From assembly GCF_009914755.1 (NCBI RefSeq), contig NC_060928.1: a stretch of 64,000 nt of DNA, one strand, 5' to 3'. How positions within the stretch are numbered: position 1 is the first letter of the stretch; the number at the start of each line of letters is the position of its first letter. Below are positions 1 through 18,153 of this stretch, piece by piece. Below the pieces are notes generated by a model. That model saw only the letters and a list, made by a program, of their open reading frames with translations, searched no databases and had not been told where the DNA came from. The stretch comes from the human T2T-CHM13v2.0 reference genome, Homo sapiens. The position numbers were made by a program, and so were the translations under genes.

Positions 1-503
<503 letters not shown>

Positions 504-1369
504 CTATACTCAAAAGGGGACCATTACAGGTAATGTAACTTTTTTTCAAAATAATTGTTATATCTTCTGGACTAGAATATAATCAATAACTATCTCTTCA
601 ACTAAGAAAGATCATAGAATCTTGATGCTTAAGCCCTACTTTTTATAAGATTGGAGTACCATAATTCCAAGGGGTAGCAATGCAAAAATACCTTATATGA
701 GATTTTTATGGTTCCATAAGCAACTAAGATGCTTGGGCGGATAGACCCTAGCGTCCTAATGCATTTTGTTATACACTGTGTTTCAAATGAAACCTAGCTC
801 TATTAACAGAGTTATCATTATTTAGAGATAGTGCTACAGTGTGTTGGGGGACTGAGGGAAAAGTGGCAAATAGCCTATGAGGGGCTTTTACTTTGTTATG
901 CATTTACATGATTTCATTATTTTTCTTATTGAATTCTCACAGTAACTCAATGAGACAGCAATTCTTATATGCTCACTTTAAAGATGAAAACATGAAACAG
1001 AATGGTTGAGTTTCATACCCAAGGTCACATGGCTATTAAAAGATGGAGCTGGGACTCTCCCAGATCTGTCTGACGTCAGAGCCCAAGACAAGCCACCCCA
1101 AACAGAAAGGAGGCCATGGGCAAAAGTCTACCAGTACTCCTGTAGGGCATCAATCTGCCATGCTGAAGGCTCTTCAGTCAGAATTGAATTTCATCAGATT
1201 ATATTTACGTTAGTAAAGTGTCAAGCTAAGTTTTTTGACCCTGATCAACACCATTTATACCTATATACTATTTTATATTACCAAAGGATTTTCCCAGACA
1301 CTCTTGACCCTTTCTTCATCATTGCCTATTACCTCCCCAGGATATGAATGTCTGTTTTGTATTTTTTTG

Positions 1370-1812
1370 TATTAATTTTGTTTTTAAATTTTTGTGGGTA
1401 CATAGTAGTGTATATATTCAAGGTTACATGAGACATTTTGATACAGGCATGCAGTGCATAATTATCACATCAGGGTAAATCAGGTATCCATCCCCTCAAG
1501 CATTTACCCTTTGTGTTACAAACAATCCAATTATACTTTTAGTTATTTTAAAATGTACAATTAAATTACTATTATTAATCATTTTTACTAACAAAAAATT
1601 CTTTATGGCTGCTCCTTGCAGAGCAGGGCTAACTCACAGGCAGTGCAACCAGAGTAGCCTATTTGTTCTAATTTTTGGTACCCATTAACCATCCCTACTT
1701 CTTCCCTACACCACCTCTACCCTTCCCAGCCTCTGGTAACCATCCTTCTACTCTCTATCTCCAAGAGTTCGATTATTTTAATTTTTAGCTCTCTCAAATA
1801 AGAGAGAATATG
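1370..1812 (-). mobile_element. Old L1 (L1MA-like) 3' fragment
   Basis: TTTTGTGGGTACATAGTA...CCCAGCCTCTGGTAACCATCCTTCTACTCTCTATCTCC. Confidence 0.7.
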
Positions 1813-1821
1813 TTTTGCGTG

Positions 1822-1897
1822 TATATATATATGATTTTATATATATATATAAATATAAAATATATATATAAATATATATATATAAATATATATATAA

Positions 1898-1938
<41 letters not shown>

Positions 1939-1969
1939 TATATAAATATATATATATAAATATATATAA

Positions 1970-2000
<31 letters not shown>
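1822..2000. repeat. (TA)n/(TATATATAAA)n AT-rich microsatellite
   Basis: About 180 nt of almost pure A/T alternation abutting an Alu tail. Confidence 0.95.
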
Positions 2001-4920
<2,920 letters not shown>

Positions 4921-5294
4921 TCAGCAATTCTGCAAGTGTCATCCAGGCATAGTTACCTATATGAGCATCATGGGTGAGATGAAGGCGCATGGGAGGCAGG
5001 GTGGATGTATTTGAGGCCCTGCCTTCAACCTACTGAAAGAAAATCTCTGGAAGTGGAGCCCAAGAGTATATATATACATTTTTAACAACTCCCTGGAAAA
5101 TTCCAGAACATACTAATATTTGAGAGGTTCAGTTCTCGGTTCTAGTTTTGGGTTTGCTATGAGCTAGTTCTATAACCTTGGTCAAATAACAACATTTCTC
5201 AGGTACTTCATCTATATCATGTACAGACTGGGTCATCTCCAAAACACCTCCTAGCTCTAACATGATATGATTCTAACTAAACACAACATTTCAC

Positions 5295-5402
5295 CTTCTT
5301 TGCAGAGCTGTAAATATCTTCTCGGTTGCTGCAGTCTACCACAAAGGTATGAACCTTGGCACCCAGTCCCTTGCATTTGGCAGCTGTTTCCTCCAGTCCA
5401 TG
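5295..5402 (-). CDS. HSD17B11: HSD17B11 coding exon 2 (gene continues beyond the left edge of the window)
   Basis: AG acceptor at 5404-5403 after a pyrimidine tract. The 108 nt translate HGLEETAAKCKGLGAKVHTFVVDCSNREDIYSSAKK in frame with exon 1. GT donor at 5294-5293. Confidence 0.96.
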
Positions 5403-6870
5403 CTAGAAAAAGCAAAAAAGAGGGCAAGGTAATAATTGATATGAACATATTATATCGACAGCTGAAAATAATTAAAAATAATTTTTAAAAAGTAGTGAGA
5501 TTCTTTCCATTTGAATTGGGCAAGATTGTTAACAACACATTTTTGGCAGGTATATAGGCACATTTTGCTTTTAGTATTTTGACTAGCTTCTTTTATTTGG
5601 AGCTGAATTTAAAGCAAGCTTCTTAAAAGAAGATAAAAATCTTAAAATACTAGTTTTTATATTTATGAACTTTGAATACTTTGTGAATGTTGGTATCTCT
5701 GTGTATTCCATATCAGGCTTTAAAAAATGTAACATTAAACTTTTTTCCATGTCATTAAAAACTATTCATGGATGTCAGTTTACTGTCTGCAAAAGAAATA
5801 ATGAGTTAACCACAGTTCATTAAACCATTTGTTCTTTCAGCATTTTAATGTGAAGGTCATATTCACTGAGCTTAGAAAAACCTTGACACAAATATGAATG
5901 AGGTAGAGTCCCGACCCCAAGAAGTTCTCTGTGTAGTAGAAAGAAACATAAGTATCATAGTTAAGTAGGACCACGTAATACTGTTATTGTTTTGATAATA
6001 AAAGATTGAATATTGGCAGTTTCAACCTAATACATTGTGATGAGTATCACAGCAGAGTTCTATACAGGGAGTTACGGGAACACAGAGGGGCACACAATAC
6101 AATTCCAGCAGTGGTTTGCCATGCCCTTTCACTTGCTTTCCCCAGGGTGAAAGGACACATCAGGCAGGGTGTGGGCAATGACAGATAGGAGATTGGTCTT
6201 GTGGAAACCACTAGTAGGATTAGTGTTGTTGGATGGATCATAAAGGTCAAGGCCAGAAGAAGTTCAGATTAAGGTCCCACATGTCATATTAAGATTTATC
6301 AAAAAATGAATGAGGAGCCACTGATTAAATTATAGTGTCAGGTTTATGTGTCGTATTGATTATTTTGGCTGATGTATGGAGGGTGGATTTTAGGGGTCAA
6401 CACTGGAGGAAGAAAAAAACTGAGAGGCAGTTACAGTGATTCAGGTAATAGATGACACAAACTTGAAATGTGGCATTAGTAGAAAAAATGTAGAGGAAAG
6501 AATATCCTTTAAAATATATGTTTAGAAGGTAAAATCAGTAAGACTTGGTGAGTAGATGAGGAAGGATGGGAAGGAGCCACATCTGACATCTTTGCTTTCT
6601 AGTTTTGGTAGCTGGCAAGATCACGCTGCCACATGTCAGACAGAGATGACAGCAGATTTGAGGAAAAGGGGTTATGAGTCCAATTTGGGGCGCCAATTTT
6701 GAGTCAACTTAAGTTTAGGATCATACCATTGGGGTTTTTTGTTGTTGTTGTTATCTTTGCTTGTTTGCTTTTGGCCAATTTTTGCCTTTTTTTTTTTTTA
6801 ACTTTTAAGAGAATGTCTCAAAAGATATTTTGGATGAAGATCTAGTATTGTGCATTCTGCAGGCCAAGTA

Positions 6871-6949
6871 TTAGGTTGTTGGAAAAGTAATTGCTGTTTT
6901 TGCCATTAGTTTAATGACAAAAACTGCAATTACTTTTGCATCAACCTAA
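6871..6949. mobile_element. MADE1 (Hsmar1-derived MITE)
   Basis: ~80-bp palindrome TTAGGTTG...CAACCTAA flanked by TA on both sides. Confidence 0.85.
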
Positions 6950-7145
6950 TAATTGTCAACTAATGCACTAATGGGCAGACCCTAGGAGGACTCATACATT
7001 TATCCACAGAGAGGATGGTGAATCAGTGTACACATTTGTAAATGGCAACTAATGTTGGAAAGGCCAAATCTGGACAGCTGTGGGGAGAATTAGTAGCTTG
7101 CATAGTGAAACTGTTATGATAATAAAGGGAAACAAGTTCTTTTTC

Positions 7146-8103
7146 TCCTGTGGGAAGTCAGGGACCCCGAATGGAGGGACCGGCTGGAGCCGCGGCAAAG
7201 AACATAAATTGTGAAGATTTCATTTTAATATGGACATTTATCAGTGCCCAAATAATACTTTTATAATTTCTTATGCCTGTAATCTCTTAATCCTGTTATC
7301 TTCATAAGCTGAGGATGTACGTCACCTCAGGACCACTGTGATAATTGTGTTAACTGTACAAATTGATTGTAAAACATGTGTGTTTGAACAATATGAAATC
7401 AGTGCACCTTGAAAAAGAACAGAATAACAGTGATTTTTAGGGAACAAGGGAAGACAACCATAAGGTCTGACTGCCTGTGGGGTCGGGCAAAAAAGAGCCA
7501 TATTTTTCTTCTTGCAGACAGCCTATAAACGGATGTGCAAGTAGGAGAGATATTGCTAAATTCTTTTCCTAGCAAGGAATATTAACATTAATACCTTGGG
7601 AAAGGAATGCATTCCTACGGGGAGGTCTATAAATGGCTGCTCTGGGAATGTCCGTCCTATGTGGTTGAGGTAAGGACTGAGATACGCCCTGGTCTCCTGC
7701 AGTACTATCAGGCTTATTAGGGTGGGGAAAAACTTTGCCCTGGTAAATCTGTGGTCAGACCGGTTCTCTGCTCTCGAACCCTGTTTTCTGTTGTTTAAGA
7801 TGTTTATCAAGACAATATGTGCACCACTGAACATAGACCCTTATCAGTAGTTCTGCTTTTTGCCCTTTGAAGCATGTGATCTTTGTACCTACTCCCTGTT
7901 CTTACACCCCCACCCCTTTTGAAACTCTTAATAAAAACTTGCTGGTTTTGAGGCTCAGGGGCATCATGATACGTGATGTCACCCCCAGCGGCCCAGTTGT
8001 AAAATTTCTCTTTATACTGTCTCTCTTTATTTCTCAGCCGGCTGACACTTATGGAAAATAGAAAGAAGCTACATTGAAATATTGGGGGCAGGTTCCCACA
8101 ATA
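7146..8103 (+). mobile_element. MER11 solo LTR (HML-8)
   Basis: Starts GGGAAGTCAGGGACCCC and ends GGTTCCCACAATA. 6-bp TSD TTTTTC at 7140-7145 and 8104-8109. Confidence 0.88.
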
Positions 8104-8254
8104 TTTTTCTTTTACTGAAATCTCCCTCACAAACTGTAGTATACTCTCATGAGGAACTCTTATTCCTCAAGGGACATCAACATCTCAGGTAAACTTTATT
8201 TTGCTCTCCTATACTTAACCAGCAGCTTTTGGCATTTCCTTTTACAAGTATATT

Positions 8255-8650
8255 AATGTTGTATACACATAGGATAGAATATTATTCAGCCTTAAAAAGA
8301 AATGAATTTCTGACACATGCTACACGTACAACCTTCATTATGCCAAATGAAATAAGCCAGACACAAAAAACAAATACCATATGAATGTACTTATATGCAG
8401 TACCCAGAGTATCATATTCATAGAGACAGAAAATAGAATGGTTGTTGCCAGGACCTGGGGAGAGAGAGGGCTGGGGAGATATATTGTTTTAATGGGTACA
8501 GATTTTCATCTTGGGAAGATGAAAAATTTCTGGAGAGAAATAGAAGAGATCACTGCATAATAAGGTAAATGTACTTAATGCCACTAAACTGTACACTCAG
8601 AAATGGTTAAAATGGTGTGTTATGTCATATATTTTACCATATTTTAAAAA
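8255..8650 (+). mobile_element. Old L1 (L1MB-like) 3' fragment
   Basis: GAATATTATTCAGCCTTAAAAAG...AATGTACTTAATGCCACTAAACTGTACAC. Confidence 0.7.
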
Positions 8651-8673
8651 GTTTTTTAAAAGTATATTGTATT

Positions 8674-9555
<882 letters not shown>

Positions 9556-9922
9556 TAAGTTCTAAATTCCTCCAGAAAAAATTCCGGACAGTGCCCTGTA
9601 GATAGTTGGTAAGAAATAAAAAATAAGCAGATCTTCAAAAAAAAAATGAATTCTTCCTTTAAAATGTTTTGCAGCACAGTACAATTGCTCATAACTCTTC
9701 AAGATTTCCCTTGGTAACTTTTTTCAAATATGTTTGTCTATTGGTACAACTAAGACCTTTACACCCATTACCTTGATTACTAAAAATTGAAAAACTTTTT
9801 AAATTATGCCCATTATTCTTTCAGTTATTCATTAATTCAGTTTTTCATTCAACAAATAGTCTTTGAGCATATATTATATGCTCACCACTTACTGTAAATT
9901 TTTCTTTCCAAACTAGTATTTT

Positions 9923-10214
9923 AGGAAAAAGGGTCTCCCTGTTGCGCAGGTTGAGTGCAGTGGCTATTCACAGGCATGATCCCACTACTGAACAGCACCA
10001 GAGCTCTGACCTGTTCCGTTTCCAACCTGGCTGGTTCACCCCTCCTTAGACAACTTGGTCTCCTTCATGCCCACCGCCAGAAGGTACCATATTGATTCTG
10101 AACTTATGCAGACATGCAGAGCGCACCACAGTCCAGAACTCCCGGCCTCAAGCAATCTTGCTGCTTCAGCCTCCTGAGTAGCTGGGGCTACTGAAGCATG
10201 CCACCATGCCTGGC
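9923..10214 (-). pseudogene. 7SL (SRP) RNA pseudogene
   Basis: The reverse complement has Alu-domain ends plus the S domain (CTAAGGAGGGGTGAACC, GTAGTGGGATC, GTGAATAGCCACTGCACTC) that Alus lack. Flanked by a CAAACTA repeat. Confidence 0.88.
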
Positions 10215-11139
10215 TACAAACTATTCTAACCAAGCATGGGAATGAGAATAGTCAAGAAGTGATAGATTATCACAAAGCAGAATGAATAATTCCCATTATC
10301 AGGCTTAGTGGAACAACAAAGCTGACACCACCATTAATTCTTCCCTAAATTAACATATGGTACATGTGGACACTGCTGTCCTCATTACATGGATGAATCT
10401 AAGAGATTGTCTTTGTACTCTAGGTGAAAGGGCCCTCCGTTTGGCCCCTCCCTGCCCTGCCAGCTAGATCTCATAACAATCAAACACCACTCCACTTTCT
10501 TCCTCATTCTCCAGGTATTCACCAGCCCAAGAGCTTCACATCTCCAGTTTCTGCTACCTGGACTGCTCCAAATCCCCACCCTGTCCTTTCCCAATCAGGT
10601 TTAGTGGTTCTCAGCCTTCTATAATTTCAAATCTATAAAACGGCAAGAAAAATAGAGTGGGATGTGTATACCGAACTAGGATTGCCAAACTTTTGGCCAA
10701 ATAAGGACACTCAAAACTAACAAAATGACCCTCATATGTTATCATGTAATTTCATTAACAAATATATTTTTTACCCACAAAAAGTAGGAAGGATATAATC
10801 TCAAAATAAAATATAGATTATTTAAATTAAACTAATTTAACCTAATAAAAACTCACTACATTGTCCTCAATTTTTCTGACCATTACTCCGAATCTCTGCT
10901 ACTGCCAACCCGGTTCAATAGTCCCCATCATTTCATCTCATGCCTGGATTATCACAGTAGTCTCTTACTTTACTTGTTCCTTCCATCTTTTCTCCTCTTA
11001 CATCTCTCCTAAGCCCAGCAGCTGGAGGATCCTCTTCAATAGGAATTACCCTCAAAACCCTTCATTGACTCCCCAGAGTAAAAAGCCAAAATACAGGAAA
11101 TTTTATCATCTGTAGCTCCAGCCCTTTAAATCTCTACAC

Positions 11140-11460
11140 CGGTACTGTCTCATAGAAATATAACGCAAGCCATGTATATAATTTTAATCTTTCTAGTAGT
11201 CACACCAAAAAAAAAAAAAAACAATCTAGTGGCATATTTTATTTAACCCAACATATCTAAGTAATTATCATTTCAACATGTATACTATATAAAAATTATT
11301 AACACAAAATTCTACATTCTTTTCTTCATACTAAGTCTGCAAAATCCAGCATGTATTTCCACTCACAGTGCATCTCAAATCAGACTGGCCACATTTTGAA
11401 AGGCTCAAGAGCCACAAGAGGCTAGGGGCTACTACCTACCACTGTGTTGCACAGAGTAGA
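11140..11460. mobile_element. MER33 (hAT-Charlie) inside an L2 remnant (~10850-11850)
   Basis: TAGAAATATAACGCAAGCCA...TTTTATTTAACCCAA...GCCACATTT. An L2-like end (GTGCTCAATAAATATTTGTTG) lies near 11820-11840. Confidence 0.65.
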
Positions 11461-12263
11461 TCTAGACCTTTCTTGTGCTTCTCTCCCTTCCCTCAGTCTA
11501 TGCCAGGCTTTGCATTTGCTGATCCCTCCCTGCAGGACTCACTGTGCTCTCAGCTTCTTCTGATATTGATTCAATTATCTCCATCTCAGTGGGGCCTTCC
11601 TGGCCACCACTGTAAAGTCAACACTCCCCTCCTACCCTCCCCACCATATAGAGTCTTTTATCTACTTTCACCTTTTATTTTTTTCTTTATGCTTAACACC
11701 ATCTAACAATTATACATTTTATTATACAGTGTGGCATACTGCCCCTAGCTCATGAGGCTCATGTCTTCCTCAGTGCTATATCCTCAGTTCTGCATTAGAA
11801 CAGTGCCTAACAGATAATAGGTGCTCAATAAATATTTGTTGGATAAATGCATGTCACTGAAGATCAGAGAAAATTTTGTACAAACCAGCACTGGACATTG
11901 GAAGTCATTAACCTAACTAACTCTTACATACATTTAAATTTTAGCTTAAACCACACTTTGTCAAGGAATAATAAGAACACTGCAGTGTGTTTACCTTATA
12001 CCACACTGTGCTAAATGCTTTGTATGCATTATCTCATATCATACTGACAGCTTTTTGAGGTATGTATTGTTATTTTATCCATTTTGCAGAAAAGGAACTA
12101 AAGCTGTGGAAACGTTGAGTAAGTTACCCAATCAGAAAACGAAAGCTCAGATGTGTCTGACTATATCACCATGCCAGACCTTGACCATGCTGGTCCAGGC
12201 TGGACCTGGGTTGTATTTTTCATTGCTCTTGTAATTACTTTTTTATTTATTAATTTAATTTAA

Positions 12264-12446
<183 letters not shown>

Positions 12447-13010
12447 TAGAAATGGGGTTTCACCATGTTAGCCAGGCTGGTCTTGAACTCCTGACCTCAG
12501 GTCATCTGCCCGCCTCGGCCTCCAAAAGTGCTGGGATTACAAGTGTGAGCCACCGCATCCAGCCTGCACTTGTAATTACTTAATGTCCATTTTCCCTACT
12601 AGACTGAGGTCATGGAACCTTATTTTCTGTTTGTCACCCTATCCCTAATGTCTAAGCAGCAGACAGTCATTATTTGTTGATTGCTGTCTTCATCAGCCAC
12701 TCACTGGGTTAACCCTCATTTAACTTCACATCCTTTGAATTATTGTTTACAGCATTGCATGTCAACTAGTGTGTAATGGATAATGTTTCAGGCCATCAGG
12801 TATCTTCTAGAAACCCCTTTGTTCATCTACCAAAGGTCAAATAAAAGGTTGGATTCTAGGTCCTCTTCTCCTCCCTAAGCCACACCTACACTTGTCCTAG
12901 GTAAAAAATTACACTGAAAGTTTTTTTCCCTTTTATTGTTTTTACTAAAAGATGCTTTCCCGCCACTCCTTCAGTATCACAGGTCAAACGTGGTAAAAAA
13001 TGTTTTTTAA

Positions 13011-13139
<129 letters not shown>

Positions 13140-13901
13140 TAAAATTACTCTTGGCAATAACTATGGCAATGTAGCATTGGTTTCTGTTGAGTATAATCTT
13201 TTTGTTTGTTTTTTGAGACGGAGTCTAGCTCTGTCGCCCAGGCTGAAGTGCAGTGGCGCCATCTTGGCTCACTGCAACCTCCGCCCCGCGGGGTTCCCGC
13301 CATTCTCCTGCCTCAGCCTCCCCAATAGCTGGGACTACAGACGCCCGCCACCACGCCCGGCTAATTTTTTTTTGGTATTTTTAGTAGAGACGGGGTTTCA
13401 GTGTGTTAGGATGGTCTCGATCTCCTGACCTCGCGATCCGCCTGCCTTGGACTCCCAAAGTGCTGGGATTACAGGCGTGAGCCAACGGCGAGTATAATCT
13501 TTCAAACCACTTTTCTCATTAACAGTAAGTAGGACTTTCTCTTAATAGGTACAAGCTTCTTACTCTTTTAATATATAGCTAAAACGATTGTTTTTTCCCT
13601 ATTTTTAAAATAGAGGGATCAATGAAATCAGGTTCAGGAAAAAATTATGAGTTATCCTTAGGGCAAAAATGGGGATCAATTTACAAATGGGGCAGTAACT
13701 GGGACTATTATAACCTCTAGGTCTGTTTATCATGTGATCATACAACATATTAATTCATGCCCTCCCATCTGCAAAATGGCAATACTAATTTTTTTTTCCT
13801 CCCTGCTTTGCAGAGATGAGGTAAAGGGTGGTTGCCAGCAAAATGCAGACACATCCACAAATTAAAGGTACCAGAAAGTAAAACATAGTAAACACTGTTA
13901 C

Positions 13902-14111
13902 CTTATTTATATCCCAGAGAACCAGCTTGCTTTTAAGTTTAGCAAATTCATAGGCAGTCAGTCTCCCAATTCCATGCCCAGCTCCTGTAATCAGCACGAT
14001 TTCGCCGGTGACTGATTTTCTCCTCTTAGGAATAAAAAGCTTCACGAAGGACTCTAGGGAGCAGACGATCAGTAACGGGAGAAGCAGGAGGATGTCCAGA
14101 AGAAATTTCAT
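13902..14111 (-). CDS. HSD17B11: 17-beta-hydroxysteroid dehydrogenase 11 (SDR family), coding exon 1
   Basis: ATG at 14111 gives [70 protein letters not shown], with a hydrophobic N-terminus and the SDR TGxxxGxG motif. GT donor at 13901-13900, phase 0. Confidence 0.97.
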
Positions 14112-14903
<792 letters not shown>

Positions 14904-15959
14904 TTAAAGGATCCTGAAAAGACCAATCGTTCTGCTTCCAGCTGAGAAATTGCGCTACATCACATTTTAGTTTGAACTAAGCACGATTTCTGGAAGACAG
15001 GGGAAATTTTGTCTGTTCAAGGACAGCTTCAATCAAGCGCCAGAAAAAATTGTTATCGTATTAAAGGGATTGTTTCCACAAGAAAGAAGAGTATATTTGA
15101 ATAATCATTTTTCACTTGACCTATTAGAGTTTGAAAATAAAAAATATATGTTGTACTTTAGGAATTTTATCTTTATTCAAGTGAATAAATAGCAAATCAT
15201 TTAGCCTAAAGATTACCTATGTAACATTTGGTTTTGTAGCCTATATAAATGGGTATTCAGTATATGCTAACTAGTGACTTGAAAAAATTCTAGAGATTGG
15301 TTACTGGAAGAAAAGACCTAACTAGGGCTTGTGTCCAGTAAGAGCTTAATAATGGTATTGCATGCATTTTTTTCCAACTCATTTTTGACAGACATTGGAT
15401 TTGGGTTTTGCGCAAGACACTCCAGTGCTTGGGAAGGGACTTTGTTGTGTGACAATAGTCAACTTTCATATTTAAGAGCCAGAAAGATCACACAAAAAAA
15501 TCAAAGTTCACAAATAGTTCAAACTCGATTGTCCCTCTTACTTAAGCAGCCATACGTTGTTATAGGGGATGAAGGGATAGTGGCAGCCTCACAAAAGTGA
15601 ACCCCATTATAGAATTCTTTGAATTCAGAATATCTACAACTTTTTTTTGGATAGCCTCCAAATCCAAATTTACAAAACACTTGTATAGAAAGTTTACAAA
15701 GTGTTCTTCCACATATATTATTTCATTTGATTTTCAAAAGCCTCCTAGGAAATAGAGAAAAGTAGAGTCAGGATATATTTATACCTATACTGTAAATGAA
15801 TAAATCTGTTAGATCAACTTTAAAATCTACACAGTGAGTAAAAGTGTAACTGGGGCTACACATATGTTCAGTGTTTGTCAATTTTTTGGTCCAACACCTA
15901 CAGGAATAAATTACATCTGACATGGTGATCTACTATAAGAAGTGTTTCAACTATGTTGA

Positions 15960-16347
<388 letters not shown>

Positions 16348-18153
16348 TGATCAAGGTTTCATTGGTTAAGGGAAAGAACACAGCATTTGGACGCAGTCGT
16401 ACCTGAATCCCTTATGTGTATGTGACTTCATCTCTCTAAACATGTTTCTAAATTTGTAAAATTGAAATAATACTTACCCTACAGGATTCTTGTGACGTTC
16501 AAACGAGTTAATAGAAAGCACATTGCTTTATCAACTATTCAACTTTATGTAAATTATAATTAACACCAATAGAATGTGAGTGATGTGAATGGTCTTGTGA
16601 ATGATGGTTGTAACATGATTTTGTGAACAGCAAACTAGATGTTTACAATTAAAATCATTCACAGTTAGAACACAGATTAGCTTCTAATCTGACCACTATG
16701 TGATTTTATGTATTTGTGGTTTTAAAAAACATCTTTCATTGGTAGGGTTTAAAATATTTTGTACTTGGGACATCTGTTTTTTAAAAAATTTTTTATCTAT
16801 TTATTTTGAGACCGGATTATGAGACTAGCTAATTTTTGTATTTTTGATAGAGGCAGGGTGTCCCTACCCTGGTAGAGGCTGGTCTTGAACTCCTGGGCTC
16901 AACCAATTCACCGGCCTTGGCCTCCCAAAGTGCTAGGATTACAAGTGCGAGCCACTGCACCCAGCCTATGTGGGGCATCTTAATTACATGCTGCCTTCCC
17001 AGAAGTTGAAATAGTATTTAAAAAAAAAAAAAAAAGATAAGGATAAGGGGGTATTTTTCTTTAATTTTTTTTTTTAAACCCTAACTTGAACCAGAAGAAT
17101 AGGGGTCTTTCATCAGTGTCTTGAACACTTACTTACTATGGCCAGGCATATGCTTCTTCTGGAGCTTCCTCACCTCTCTCAGCCCTCACCTAACACATTT
17201 CATTTTATCTTCTCAATAACCTTAAGCAGTAGGTTCAATAGAAATCTCTACTATATGAATGAAGAAATAAAGAATTAAGAGAAACTAAGCAAACCACTTG
17301 AGATCATAGTATAAATGTAGAGTTGAATTTAAACCTAGGCTGTCGTCACCGGCTTTTTTTTTTTTAAACTGGGAGTCCCAGCCAGAGCAATTAGCTGCCT
17401 TCTTCCCTAACGCAAAAAAGAAAAGTGAATCCAGTTCTGAACCATTAGATAAATTCGAAAAGATCAAAACTCCTGATTTTGAATCACAACATTAATAACA
17501 CTTCCCTTTCATACAATTAGGTAAATATCTAATTAGCAGGGAATAGATTGCAGCTGCTAAAAGAATGCGTTCGAATTCCTACCAAGCTTTTAATGAGCCG
17601 TGTGATATTTGGTTAATTACTTAACCTCTCCTGAGTTCTCAGTTACCTCATCTGTAAAATGGATGTAATAGCAGCTTGGTTGCCGTGAAGAGTAAATGAC
17701 ATATATACAAAGCACAGAGTCATTCATAAGAGTAAAAAGCACAAGAGTAAATGAGATATATATAAAAGCACATCTTGCATACAAACATACTTAGTGAATG
17801 ACAGCCATTACTATATGTTAATCAGTTATAGTAAGACGCCTGTATTTGCAAGGCTGTCTCTGTAGTATCCCAGCAGATTAGGAATGAAAGACCACTGTAA
17901 CACTTAGCAATTACACAGGCCAGTGAAGAATGCTCACTTTCACTATAAAAAATACTGAGGAAAAATATACAGAAATGATTGCCAGACCTACCAACAGAGG
18001 TATTTCCCATAGTTTTCTTGTCATCCTGAGATAGAAGACTTCACAATTTGACTCCGAAGTCTGAATTTTAGAGCTGGAGAAATTTAGACATTAGCTTGTG
18101 TGCAATGACACTTTTTTTTTTTCTATAATGAATCTATGAATTCAAAGTAGTAC

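Noticed and set aside
5960-6031. Possible degenerate MADE2 element
   Set aside because: Only one end (TTCAACCTAATA) is recognisable, too decayed to support.
13785-13901. C-terminal part of the 108-aa HSD17B11 ORF (VTVFTMFY...)
   Set aside because: Read-through into intron 1 past the GT donor at 13901.
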